A DNA stretch of 64,000 bases from an uncultured Planctomycetaceae bacterium. GTDB lineage: Bacteria; Planctomycetota; Planctomycetia; Planctomycetales; Planctomycetaceae. The stretch is taken from positions 384,001 through 448,000 of the forward strand of contig CAWFAK010000017.1 of the NCBI GenBank assembly GCA_963813715.1. The letters run 5' to 3'. Every line of letters starts with the position of its first letter. The first letter of the stretch is position 1. Positions 43,652 to 54,900 of this stretch are shown in pieces. The position numbers and the translations under genes are program-made. The notes under the pieces are model-generated. The model was given only the letters and a program-made list of their open reading frames with translations, had not been told where the DNA came from and did not search any database.

Positions 43652-44095
43652 TCAGTCGCGGCCAAGGTGATCGATTTCGCGGTGCAGCCGGTTGGAAACC
43701 AGGCGACTCAACACGGCAAACATGATCGCGGTGGATAGCCCGAACAGGAGTAGGCCATTGACCGCTTCGAGCGGGCCCAAGAGTTGCCAGCGCTCAGACA
43801 AATGAACGTCCCCGTAACCCAGTGCGGTGTAGTTTTGGGCGGAACAATAGAAGGCCCGCTGAAAGCTCGCGATTTCGCCACACATCAGGTAGACGACCGC
43901 CCACAAGGCAATCTGAACCAAATGTGCCGCCGCCGTCAGCAGTGAAACGATCATCATGATAGGCACGCTTGTCCAGAATCCTAAACCGGTTCGGATCAAG
44001 TGCAGCCCCAAATTCACGACCAGCGTTGTGGTCATTGCGTAACAGACCACGCTGACGAGGAACACACCGGTGCCAACCAGAAGGCTCGGAGCCAT
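43652..44095 (-). CDS. Small potassium-channel-like protein (Ion_trans_2)
   Basis: Filter-like YTALGYGD between TM helices; LGPLEAVNGLLLFG. Confidence 0.85.
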   Translation of the reverse strand: MAPSLLVGTGVFLVSVVCYAMTTTLVVNLGLHLIRTGLGFWTSVPIMMIVSLLTAAAHLVQIALWAVVYLMCGEIASFQRAFYCSAQNYTALGYGDVHLSERWQLLGPLEAVNGLLLFGLSTAIMFAVLSRLVSNRLHREIDHLGRD

Positions 44096-44343
44096 AGGAT
44101 CGAACTCCTGTTCCCTTCGAGCAGGGATGAGGTTACATCCAGGCCCAGTGCCTGAACGGCGCTTTTCGAGCGCGGGTCGCTCCTATGACAGAGCATCGTT
44201 CCGGGAAACTCAACCCTTCGCGGACTGTCAATCAAGCCGCCCTTTCTCAAAATGCGTTCGGGCGACGCAAAATCTGACCTCGGTGCGTCTGGTACACTCG
44301 GCCTGGCTTCGTTCGAAACGGCGGCGTCAGAGATCCAAGGAAC

Positions 44344-45711
44344 ATGATGAAGCGGCGAGCATTCCTGAAAACCGTTGCCGGGACGTATTTCTTCGGCGGA
44401 TCCGGATTCGTTGACGGAGCTCTCAGGATCCAGCCCGACAAGACGGTCGTCGTTATCGGGGCGGGAATGGCCGGTCTCGCAGCCGCTGTGAGTCTTAGGA
44501 AACACGGATTTTCCGTCGTGGTTTTGGAGGCCCGCAATCGCATCGGCGGGCGGATGAGAACGGAACGATCGCTGGGCTGCGCGGTCGACCTGGGTGCTTC
44601 GTGGGTCCACGGAATCAACGGGAACCCGCTCGTGGAGCTTGCCAACGCGTCCGGCGCTGTGCTCGCGAGAACACGTTTCGAGGGACTGCTTCTGTTCGAC
44701 AACGACGGAACAAAGCTCGAGTTGAACATTTTGCTACGCGCGCACCTTCGACTCACGTCGCTGTTGGCGCGAGCACCGCGAAACGTGCCCAAATCCGCAT
44801 CCGATGTTTCTCTCAAAACCGTCGTCGACCAAGCCGTTGGCTCGACGAATTGGTCGGGAGCCGAGAAACGGGCGTTTGAGCTCGTGACCGCGTTGACGGA
44901 AATCTCGGATGCCGCCCGGTTTGACGAGCTCTCCTCCAGATATTCGGACGAATACAAGGAACTCTCCGGAGGAGATCATCTTGTCGTGAGCGGTTACGAC
45001 ACCGTCGCCCGTTTTCTGGCGAAAGGCTTGGACATCAGAACCGGCGTCGCGGTCCACCGAGTCGATTCCACGAAAGCCCAAATCGGCATCGAAACGGACA
45101 ACGGCACGCTGCGAGCCGATCGGGTCGTCGTGACGGTCCCGCTCGGCGTCTTGCAGGCGAACAAGATCAAATTCGTCCCCGAGTTGCCGCCAGACAAACG
45201 CACGGCGATTGAACGGATGGGAATGGGCGTCATGAACAAGATTGCGCTGCGATTTGAGAAAGCATTCTGGCCGCACGAGCAGCAGGTGATCGCTTATGCC
45301 AGCGAGCGGCGCGGGAAATACCCGCTGTTCCTCAATCTCCACCATTACACGGGCCAGCCCGTGCTCGTCTGTCTTGTGCCGCCCAGTTTCGAGAATGCCT
45401 TGGAGAATCTGACTGCGGCAGACGCGAAGGCAGGCGCAGTTGAGGTGTTGCGCAGGATCTTCGGCAGCAAGGTCCAGGAGCCGGCGACGGTTCTCCAGAC
45501 ACGTTGGAAATCCGATCCGTGGGCGCTGGGTTCCTACAGTTTTGACAAACTCGGTGCCCAACCGAAGGATCGGGACACGCTGGCTTCCCCGATCGACGGA
45601 CGGCTCTTCTTCGCGGGCGAGGCCACGCACCGGACGATGTACTCCACCGTTCACGGCGCGTATTTATCCGGTTGTCGCGCGGCAGACGAGATCAAGAAAG
45701 CAGCTTCGTGA
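44344..45711 (+). CDS. Flavin monoamine/polyamine oxidase-family protein with Tat signal
   Basis: KRRAFLK; VIGAGMAGL, EARNRIGGR, DLGASWVHG, FAGEAT, TVHGAYLSG. Confidence 0.92.
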   Translation: MMKRRAFLKTVAGTYFFGGSGFVDGALRIQPDKTVVVIGAGMAGLAAAVSLRKHGFSVVVLEARNRIGGRMRTERSLGCAVDLGASWVHGINGNPLVELANASGAVLARTRFEGLLLFDNDGTKLELNILLRAHLRLTSLLARAPRNVPKSASDVSLKTVVDQAVGSTNWSGAEKRAFELVTALTEISDAARFDELSSRYSDEYKELSGGDHLVVSGYDTVARFLAKGLDIRTGVAVHRVDSTKAQIGIETDNGTLRADRVVVTVPLGVLQANKIKFVPELPPDKRTAIERMGMGVMNKIALRFEKAFWPHEQQVIAYASERRGKYPLFLNLHHYTGQPVLVCLVPPSFENALENLTAADAKAGAVEVLRRIFGSKVQEPATVLQTRWKSDPWALGSYSFDKLGAQPKDRDTLASPIDGRLFFAGEATHRTMYSTVHGAYLSGCRAADEIKKAAS

Positions 45712-45876
45712 CGAACAGCCGATTAGCCGACAAAAAGCTCAGCAGGCGCTGCGTGCCAGTGATCTCCCGACGGACTCAAGCCTTTTCGGGATCGCCGTTA
45801 AACCACCGATTCACGGGCACGGGCGGGCGTCAGCTCACCGCAGCGGTCAGAAGGCCGCTCGGAGTGCGCGGGACAG

Positions 45877-47181
45877 TCAGATTTCCGCCAGCCGTTCGGT
45901 CGAGTCGCCAAATTTGTTGAGATGAATGCCGCATTTGTCGAGCATCGACAAGTACAAGCTGCACATCTTTCGGTTGGGCTTGTCCAGGTAATTGAGCACG
46001 CGGCCGCCGCGAATCTGCCCGCCGGCTCCCCCGAGTAAGACAACGGGGAGTTTCGTCGCGTCGTGGCCGCCCGTGAGCATGCTCGAGCAGTAGAGCAGCA
46101 TCGTGTTGTCGAGGAGCGTCCGGTCTCCCTCGTGGATCGCGTCCATCTTCCGCGCGATGTATCCGACCTGTTCGAGGAAGAACTGATTTACCTTGAGCCA
46201 GTCGGCCGTATCGGAGTGCGACAAGAGGTGATGGATCATGTAATCCACCCCCAGATGCGGGAATCGCAGCGAGCTGTGATCGTTGTTGAGCTTGAGCGTG
46301 CAAACCCGCGTCGCATCGGTCTGGAAGCCAAGCACGAGGATATCGCACATCAGCCGCATATGGTCGGCGATACTCTGGGGAATGCCGTCGGGCGGACGGG
46401 AGACATTCGGCTTGTCCAGCGTGGGCCGCCAGCCTTCGAGCGACCCCCGTTTGCCGGCCTGTTCGATGCGCTGCTCGATCTCGCGGACTGATTCGAGATA
46501 CTCGTCGAACTTCCGCTGGTCGGACACGCTGATACCCATCCGAAAAGATTTCGCGTCGGAGATGACGGCATCGAGCACGCTGCGGTCGCCCTTGCCGACT
46601 CCGTCCTTGAACAGTCGATCGAAGGCCAGCGACGGATAAAGCTCGAGCGGCGTGGGCGTCGTCGGGGAGCTCCACGAAATGTGCGAGCTATAGAGCATCG
46701 AGTAATTTTTGTGGACCGACGGGTTCGACTTTTCGCAGCCAAGCACCAGGCTCGGCACCTTGGTCGAGCGGCCGTGCTGCTGGGCGATGAGTTGATCGAT
46801 ACTCGTGCCCGAGCGAATTTCGCCTCCCGACGCCAAAGGAGCTCCAGAGAGCAGATTGCCGGTTTGGGAACTGTGAATGTTGCCTTTGAGTGCCTCGGCG
46901 TTGAAGAGCCCATTGATGACGACCATTTTGTCGCGGAAATCCGACAGCGGCGTCAGCACTTTGCCGAGCTGCATGTCCTTGCCGGTCCCTTTGGCCCACC
47001 ACTCGCGGCTGTGAAAGCCGTTGCCTGAGAACAAGACTGCCAAACGCACGGGCGCCTGGCTGGCGGCCGAAGACGCGCGGGCCTGGTCGCCCCAAACGGC
47101 CAGCGATTCCATCCAGGGCAACGCGATCGTCACGCCGACACCACGCAGAAACGTGCGGCGAGAGAAATGGTGCATGCTCAT
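45877..47181 (-). CDS. DUF1552-domain protein (Tat-exported)
   Basis: SRRTFLRGVGVTIALPWMESL, SIDQLIA, ISWSSPTTP, EGDRTLLDN, LPVVLLG. Confidence 0.9.
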   Translation of the reverse strand: MSMHHFSRRTFLRGVGVTIALPWMESLAVWGDQARASSAASQAPVRLAVLFSGNGFHSREWWAKGTGKDMQLGKVLTPLSDFRDKMVVINGLFNAEALKGNIHSSQTGNLLSGAPLASGGEIRSGTSIDQLIAQQHGRSTKVPSLVLGCEKSNPSVHKNYSMLYSSHISWSSPTTPTPLELYPSLAFDRLFKDGVGKGDRSVLDAVISDAKSFRMGISVSDQRKFDEYLESVREIEQRIEQAGKRGSLEGWRPTLDKPNVSRPPDGIPQSIADHMRLMCDILVLGFQTDATRVCTLKLNNDHSSLRFPHLGVDYMIHHLLSHSDTADWLKVNQFFLEQVGYIARKMDAIHEGDRTLLDNTMLLYCSSMLTGGHDATKLPVVLLGGAGGQIRGGRVLNYLDKPNRKMCSLYLSMLDKCGIHLNKFGDSTERLAEI

Positions 47182-47194
47182 GCTCGTTCCCAGT

Positions 47195-50100
47195 CTAAGG
47201 TGATTCGGCGATCTTGGAGTCGCGTCCCCGGATGGCCAGAAACTGGCGGCTCTCCAGAATCGTTTGAATGGCGACCGAAATTCGATAGTTGTTCGCGGCC
47301 AGTCGCTGCTGCATCTCGGCCAAAAGCGGTTCGTCGGACAACTGCACGCCCCGACCCAGCGCGTAGCCGAGCAGTTTGCGGCAGAACTGATGGACAAAGG
47401 TCGTGCGGCGGGTGACGGCAAGATAGTCCCGCAATCCGGCGAGACCGTCAATCGGCGTGCCGTCGGGGAGTTTGGTCTTGGTGTCGACGGGTCTTCCGGC
47501 CAGGTCACGATTGCGGAAACGTCCGATCGCGTCGAAATCCTCCAGCGCGAAGCCGAACGGATCGAATTTGACGTGGCAGGACGAACAGCGCGCGTCGCTG
47601 CGGTGCCGCTCGATGAGCTGCCGCACCGTGAGCCCGTCCGTCCCCGTTTCGCTCTCGGGAAGCCGCGGCACGTCTTTCGGCGGCTTGGGCAGCTTTTCGC
47701 CGAGGAGCACTTCGCTTACCCAATTGCCCCTTAAGATGGGGCTGGTGCGCGACGCGCCCGATTGCTTTGCCAGGGTGGTCGCCAGCGCCAAGATGCCGCC
47801 GCGCCCATAACGGCGGACGCCTTCGACGCGTCGCCAGCCGACGTCATTTGCGGCCGTCGGGATGCCGTAGAATTTGGCCAGTCGATCGTTCACGAAAGTG
47901 TGATCGCTCTGGAGGATGCCGACCACGGAACCGTCGTTTTGGAAAACGTCTGTGAAGAATCGAATCGATTCCTCGTACATGTCGCCGCGGAGCTCGGTGA
48001 ATTCAGGGAAGACTTTTTCGCTCTTCTCCGAGAGAGAATCGAAGTCGTAGATATGCAGCCACTGGCAGGCGAACTCGGTGGCGAGACGCCGAATTCGCGG
48101 GTCGGCCAGCAGGCGACGGGACTGCTTCGCCAGGACATCCGGATTGTGCAGTGTCCCCTTCGCGGCCGCGGCGCGAAGCTCGGCGTCCGGCTGCGACGAC
48201 CAGAGGAAATAGCTCAAGCGACTGGCCAGCTCCCAGTCGGAAACCGGCGTGGGATCGGATCCAGCCGGAGCCGCCTCCCGGCGATACAGGAAATCGGGCG
48301 AAACGAAGATCCGAGCCAGCGTCAGCTGAAACGCCTCTTCATGCGAGAGCCCCTGTTTTCGCAGTTGCGATAGAGGCTGCGCAGCTCGTTCCGTTCCGCC
48401 TCGGTCAAGTGGACGGCGATAAGCCCGGCCGGCGAAGGCGACCAGTGCGTCGACCTGCCGCGGCTCGGCAGCGAGGAGTGACTTTTTGAACGCGGCGGCG
48501 CGATCATTGAACGGTTTCCGCAGCGGCTCAAAGACTTTGGGATCGGCGTCCTGGGTGGCGTATTCGAGCAACTGCGCCAACGCGTCGACGCTCTTGAGCG
48601 CGTCCCGGCTGAGGAAGTGCAGCTCATTCCACAATCGATCGAGGTGTCGCGTCTCGGCGTCGCTCAGCATCAGCCGCTGCAAGCGCCTCGTCCTCGCGGT
48701 AATAGAGCGTGAGCGTGACGACCTCGTCGACTGGCACGATCTTCGTGTAGCAGAGGGCCACGGGAAAGACGCTGCGGAATTTCTCGAAGGAGGCCGCAAC
48801 CCGGATGCGGGCCGCGCTCCCTTCGTTGACGACGAACGGCGTCGTCTCCGACCGCTTGTGCTTGTTGTCGGTCCACGTGCTGTTCATCCGCTTGTCGGTG
48901 ACGGAGATCGGCAACAGGCCCGATGTTTTTTCCGGCTTGCTCGCCAATACCTCGAGCTGGACGCTTCCCTCATGACCGACCTTGGGATCGAGCGAACCGA
49001 CGGTGACGAATTCGGTCCCGGCGGCCAGATCGGCGGGCAAGCGCACTTCGATGACCGAGGGAGCCTGAACGCACAGACTGGCCGCCTCGATGGTGGACCC
49101 GTCCGGGTGCTTGCCGAAACGCGCGCGATTCACTCCGAATCGGGTGTCCGCCGGTGATTTCTCGCGATGTTCAGCCGCCACGCGGGGCCACGCCCGCATG
49201 AAGATTGGGCCGCCTAGCGATGACAATTGGCGATACAGCGCGACGTCCGGATCTTTCTCATCAGCGTTGGCCGGCGGACCGCTTTGAAGGAGCTGTTGCA
49301 CTGCTTGCGCGAGCCGTTGCTTATTGGACGGCTTTGCGGCGGCCTGCCAACGCGCGAGCAACGACCCCGCGGGAATTACGGCGGCGATCTCGCCGCCTTT
49401 CACCGGTTCGCTGTAAAAGTGCCACACACCGGCGTTACCGAAACGGTCGGCGTGGGGATTGCCGGCGAGCACGTCTCCCGACACGTCGCGAGCCAGATCC
49501 CATTCGCGCGAGTGAGCGCCCGTCGTTTTGAGGGAGAGTTCGAGATTCGTCAGGTCGCACGAATGATTCCCATCGCGCGGGCCGACCAGCAGCGACACGA
49601 AGTCGCCCGGCTGCACGGCCAGCCCCTCCGTCCGGTGGATCAGGCCGACGCGGCCCCCTTGGGCAACACCTTCAGCGAGACGCTGCCTCGTCGCGCCGCG
49701 GCGCAGCTCGAGCCGCCATTCCACGCCGTTGCCGCACTCCGGATGTGCGTGCGTGACTTTGCCCTCGATCTCGATCGTGCCAGCCATCGGACTGCGCCAG
49801 CCGACTGCCGCGAACAACGTCGGCGACGGATGCACGCAGACCGAATGCGGCTTCATGTTGCCGGGAACGCGGACGTGCTGGCCCGACGAATTGGTCAGTA
49901 ACTGAGGCAGGTCGTTGGTGCTCCAGCCCTGGATGAAATCGTAGGTTGACGCTTTGGGCACCTTGGTCGCGAGGTAATCGAGCTTAATGGCCGCACTCGA
50001 ACCAATGCCCAGGTAATCGAACCAGGCGGTGAGCGAATCGACGTCGACCGCGTGCGCTTTCGCGAGTGCCGCCAGATCGACTTTTCCCGACGCGAGTCCG

Positions 50101-51537
50101 GCCTCAGCCGCCGCCGCAAGAGCCTTGGCTGTGGCCGCAAAGGTTCGTTCGCGTCGCGCGGACATTTCGCGAGTAAAGTCGTCAACGTTGCGCAGCAACA
50201 ACTCGGGCCGTCCCGGAGCGACGAGGCGCGGTCGCTGCCAAATGACCAAATCGCCCGCGTTCCCGTCCCCTCCGTCACTCGCGACGAGGTAAAGCGTGAT
50301 GTCCTTTCGACCCTTTGCCGGCGCGGGCAGCTTGATCCGCAGTTCCTGGGCGGCGGCGATCGGGTCGAGAGGCTCCTGCCAAGCCTTCGGGCCGCCGACT
50401 TTGCCGATATGGCCGACACTCGCGAATCGCCAGAGCGCTTGCTGCCATTGCGCGATCTCGGCGGCAATCCGCGGCGCGTCGTCTGCCGAAGCGCCCCGCC
50501 AGTGCGCCCGAATCTGGTCGAGCAAGAGCGACGGCTCGCGATCGCTGAGCGCGTCCCACACGATGCCGAGATACTTCGCGTTCAAACGGTTCGTTTTTCG
50601 CGACCGTGGCGATCGCCGTTTTGACGTCCGAGCCGTGCTGCAGTTGACCGCGAACATCAAACGTCGCCGCCAGGTAGTGTTCGACCGGCAAGCGGCCGCC
50701 GTCGTTGGTGTTGAAGACGATTCCCTGCAGATTGACCTGCGACGCGCCCCCCTGGTCCGAGTACTTGCGATAAAGGGCGCGAATCTGCGCCAAGAGGTCG
50801 TTCGTCCAATCGGCCCGCGACGGCGAAGGCGAGAAGCGAAAGCCGTCCGGCAACAGAACCGCGTGTTGCGCGATCTCGCGGCCCGCGTCGAAGTACTTCG
50901 TCAGCAAGGCCGGCGACATGACCAACGCGTTGCCCGTGTTGGTGAATCCCTCGCCCGCCGCTCCATCGGTGGGAAAGTCGCGGGCCGGGTTGAGGTCGAC
51001 ACCCGTCAGGTCGCGAATCGTGTAGGTGTATTCGGCATTGCTCAATCGCCGCAGGACGACAGGCCCCGGATCGCCAGCCTGCGCCAGCGACTCGGCATGC
51101 AGATAGCGTTCGACCCATCCGCGAAGCTGCTTGCGCTCGGCGGCGGTCGGCTGCTTGGCCTCCTTGGGAGGCATCTCGCCGTTGTCCAGCATCTCGGCCA
51201 CTTTGAGCCAGACCTTCGTGTCACGCCGCACCTCATTCAACGACGCAAAACGCTCGAGGTCCAAATCGCCCTTTTGTTTGGCGGTCGCGTGACAATTCAG
51301 ACAGACGTGCGCGATTAAGGGCCGAATGTCATGAGAATATTCGGAGGCAATCGCGATGAACTGCCCCGGCCTATTCGCTGGCGATTGCGTCCCCGGATGG
51401 GGCGTTTCGGCGCTGAGCGAGGCGCTGACTACGAAGATGGTGCCGCCAAAAAGGAGCGCGATGCGGCAAATGGCCGGGAATTTCAATGAAGAGCCCTTTG
51501 GCGGCGGGAGGGAGCTCAAATCTTTGGGGGGATGCAC
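47195..51537 (-). CDS. DUF1592/DUF1588/DUF1587/DUF1585 planctomycete cytochrome-c-containing protein; frameshifts near 50590, 48690 and 48380; start uncertain
   Basis: CLNCH, GEMPP, LRRLSNAEY, ELASRLSYFLWSSQPD, RTSPILRGNWV, CSSCH, KLLGYALGR. Confidence 0.88.
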
Positions 51538-51941
51538 CGGCCGTCGATCGAGTGCGGATCAAAGGCCGGTTCAAGTTCGGCAAGTAGGTCGTCGGCGCCC
51601 GGGAGGCTGTCGTTCCCAAAGCCTCCCAAGGCAGCCGGCTGGAGCAATCGTCATTGTAACTAATGCCGTGACCAAACTAATACCGTGACAAAGAAGGACG
51701 CTCAGCACGATTTACGATCCCGGCGGACGACGGGCCAAAACCAGATTCGTTCCCCGGAAAAATCGCGCGTTATATCTCGGCCGTTGCCGACGCCCTGGGA
51801 ATAGAATCGCCAAATGGGGCGTCTCCAACTGGGGGCGGCGGAGAAACTGCGTTGCCACAGACTGGGAAGCGCTAATTGCGGAGGGCGATTTTCTGCAGCG
51901 GTTGGAGGCAGTTCTGCGTCTAGATTAGGTCGGGCGCGCGG

Positions 51942-54900
51942 ATGGGAATTCTTTGCGGGCTGGCTGGACTGGTCATCGTCCTGGTTGGTGTCGCGGTCGT
52001 CGGACACTTGCTGTGGTTGGCCGGGGCGGCGGTCTTCGGCACTTCTTCCTCGGCACCGGTGCTTGATCGGTGCCCGAGCTGCGCCACCCGGCTCAATCCT
52101 GGCCAGATTCATTGCCCGAAGTGCGGCTTTACGATCAGTTCGGCTCACCAAGCAACGCTCGATGAAGAGTTGGCCGCCACGCGGCGGCAGCTTCATCGGC
52201 TGATGCAGACGGGCAAAATCGCGAGCTCTACCTGGGAGCAGATTCTCGACGCCCTCCGCGCCGACGTCCGAGAGCGCGAATTCGGAGTCGCGCCGCCCGA
52301 GAGCCAATGGGCGGAAATCGAGCCAACGAGCAGCGCGGAGCCTGTTCGGGCGCCGTCTGAGTCGCCGGCCATCGGGCCCGACGCTGTGCCAATCGCCGCC
52401 GCATCCGCTGTTGACGGGGTCTTAGCCGCCCCGACTTCGACGCCAGCGCACGTCGAAGCCGCGATTGCCCGGTCGCATTCCGGGCCCCTGCCCGTGCCGC
52501 CCGAGCGCCCGCTGCGCCCGGCAATTGCGCCGTGCGCGTTGGCCGACATCTTCCAGGCCTTCTTGGAAGAAAAAAATATCCGCTGGGGCGAGCTGATCAG
52601 CGGACTGTTGATCGTCGGCAGCTCGGTCGGGTTGGTGATCAGCCTTTGGGCGACGCTGAAAGAAGCGATCCCCTATTTCCCCGTCGCGGTCTTTCTGACT
52701 GCGACGTGCGCCATGCACGGTGCCGGCTTGTACACGTTGCGGCGCTGGCGATTGAAGTCGACGAGCCGCGGATTGCTCTTGGTCTCCACCCTGCTCGTGC
52801 CGCTCAACGTTCTGGCCGCGATGGTTCTCAACGAAAAGAAGCCGGCGTACGGGATGATCGACTACGCGGCCTTTGCGATCGGATTGTCGGTGCTGGCGGC
52901 GATCGCCGCCTCGGCAGCTCGCGTGCTGAATCGTCGCAATCCGTGGCCGATGGTCGTCGCGGTCGTGGGGACGGCGATCGGAATGTCGACGATTGGCCGC
53001 CTCGCACGACCGGGAGGTGAGCTGGGGCGAACGCTTGGCCTCTTTGCACTTCCCTTCTTCTCGTTTCTGGTCGGCGCGATGGCCCATGTCGTCAGCCTGT
53101 CGGCGGGCCGGCGGTTGACGGTTCGTCGTGTCGCGCAGTCTTTTCGCTTCTACGGAATCGCGGCGTTCGGACTCGTGCTCGCCGGCGGATTGTTGGCTTC
53201 CAAGTGCGGCGACATTCGCGGCACGTTGACGCTGTTGTCTCCAATGCTGGCGGTGGTCGCGGCGACGCTCACCGGGGCAGGATTGATCGTTCATCAGCGA
53301 GTCACCGACTCGGAGCAAACCGGCTTTCGACTGGCGGGGACGTCGATCGCGCTCGGGGGCGGTTTGTTGGCGTTGGCCGCGCTGGTTCTGGCCTGGCCGC
53401 GTCCCGACTTGCTGGTGGCCGTCGGTCTGTTCGATGCGGTCGCGTTCACGGCAATCGCTTGGTTCGCAGCATTCCCGGCACTGAATGTCTTTGCGACAGC
53501 CTCGTTCTCGCTGACGCTGTTGGTCGGATTGGAATGGGCGACCGGCGCGATATCGGTCGTCGGGGCGACAACCGAGCTGTTGACCTTGCTCCTGCTGACG
53601 GCACGTTCCGCCCTCATCATCGCGATCCTGTCGATCGCGGCTGACGGCGTCGGCTGTCTCTTGGCGCGGTCGAAGGCGCGGCCCCAAGCCTCGGCTTATT
53701 TTGCGAGTTCGGTCGTCCACCAGATCGTTGCGGTGGCAATCGCCGTCGGGGCCGTCGTCCGCGACCTTCCCGATCAGGACCTCGCGACTGCAGTGTTCGC
53801 GCTGTTGGCCCTTCGCTGGCTTGTCGCCACGTGGTGGATCCGTCGCAGCTATGCAAGTTGGATTGCCGCGACCGCTCTGTTTGCTGCACTCGCGCACGGT
53901 TTGGTGCTGAACGACCGCCTGTCCGAAATGCTCGCGGTGCACGGCGTGGCCCCCGCCGATCCCTGGACGCTGAGCCTGATTGTGCACGCAACGATCTGCC
54001 TGGGCTGTGCCGTCCTCGCAGCCGAACCCGGCGCGAGCCCTCTTCCGTGCCTGAAGCCCGCGAACGGTTCCAGCTCTCGCCGTTCATCGCGGCAGCCATC
54101 GCCACGTCGGCGATCGCGTTGCCGATGATGCTGGACGTGCGGCACGGTCATTTCCTGACACATGGCGTTTACGCATTCTGGACCGCGGGTCTTTGGTTCG
54201 CGATCGCCGTAATGCTGGGGAACGCAGGAGTCGCAGTTGCGTCACAGATCCTGGCGACGATCGGGATCGCCTTCGCCGTCACTGGTTTTTGCAGGAAACA
54301 ACTTTGGTGGACGGGCCTTTACAACGAACCGCTGTTTCTCAATTGGCAGTTCGGCGTGCTTGCGGTGTGGAGCGGGCTGTGGGTTGCCGTGCGCCGCCTG
54401 AGCCGGCGAGACGTGACTCTTTCGCGACTGCTCATTTGCACGCCGACCAGCGTCGATCGCGTTGTGCTCTGCGGCGTGGCCCTGGGATTCGCCGCGACCT
54501 GCTGGCTCGCCGTCTGGCCGGGAACGGTCGCGGAGCTGTCCTCGATCACAATTCGAGCGCTCGGGAGCCCGTACGCCGTGGCCGCGCTACTTCCGTTTGG
54601 AGTCGGCGCGATTTTCGCCGCCACCCACGCGCTGGTTGGGCGAGAATGGCCAAAGACATCGGCCTGGATTTTCGTCACGTGCGTCTTCAGCGTGATAATT
54701 CTCTTGGCTCCGCTGCACTTCGAATTGCACTGGCCCGGTCTTCCGAATCCCTACGGGCAAGGTTGGGGTGCCGGAGCGTGGGCCGCTTGGGCGTTGGCCC
54801 TTGTGGCGATTCTGGCGGCTCACTGGGAGCGGCCTAACCGGGCGACTCTTGTCGGAATTGCACTGTTGCTGAGTTCCGCTCCCTACCTCGCCGCGTGCCG

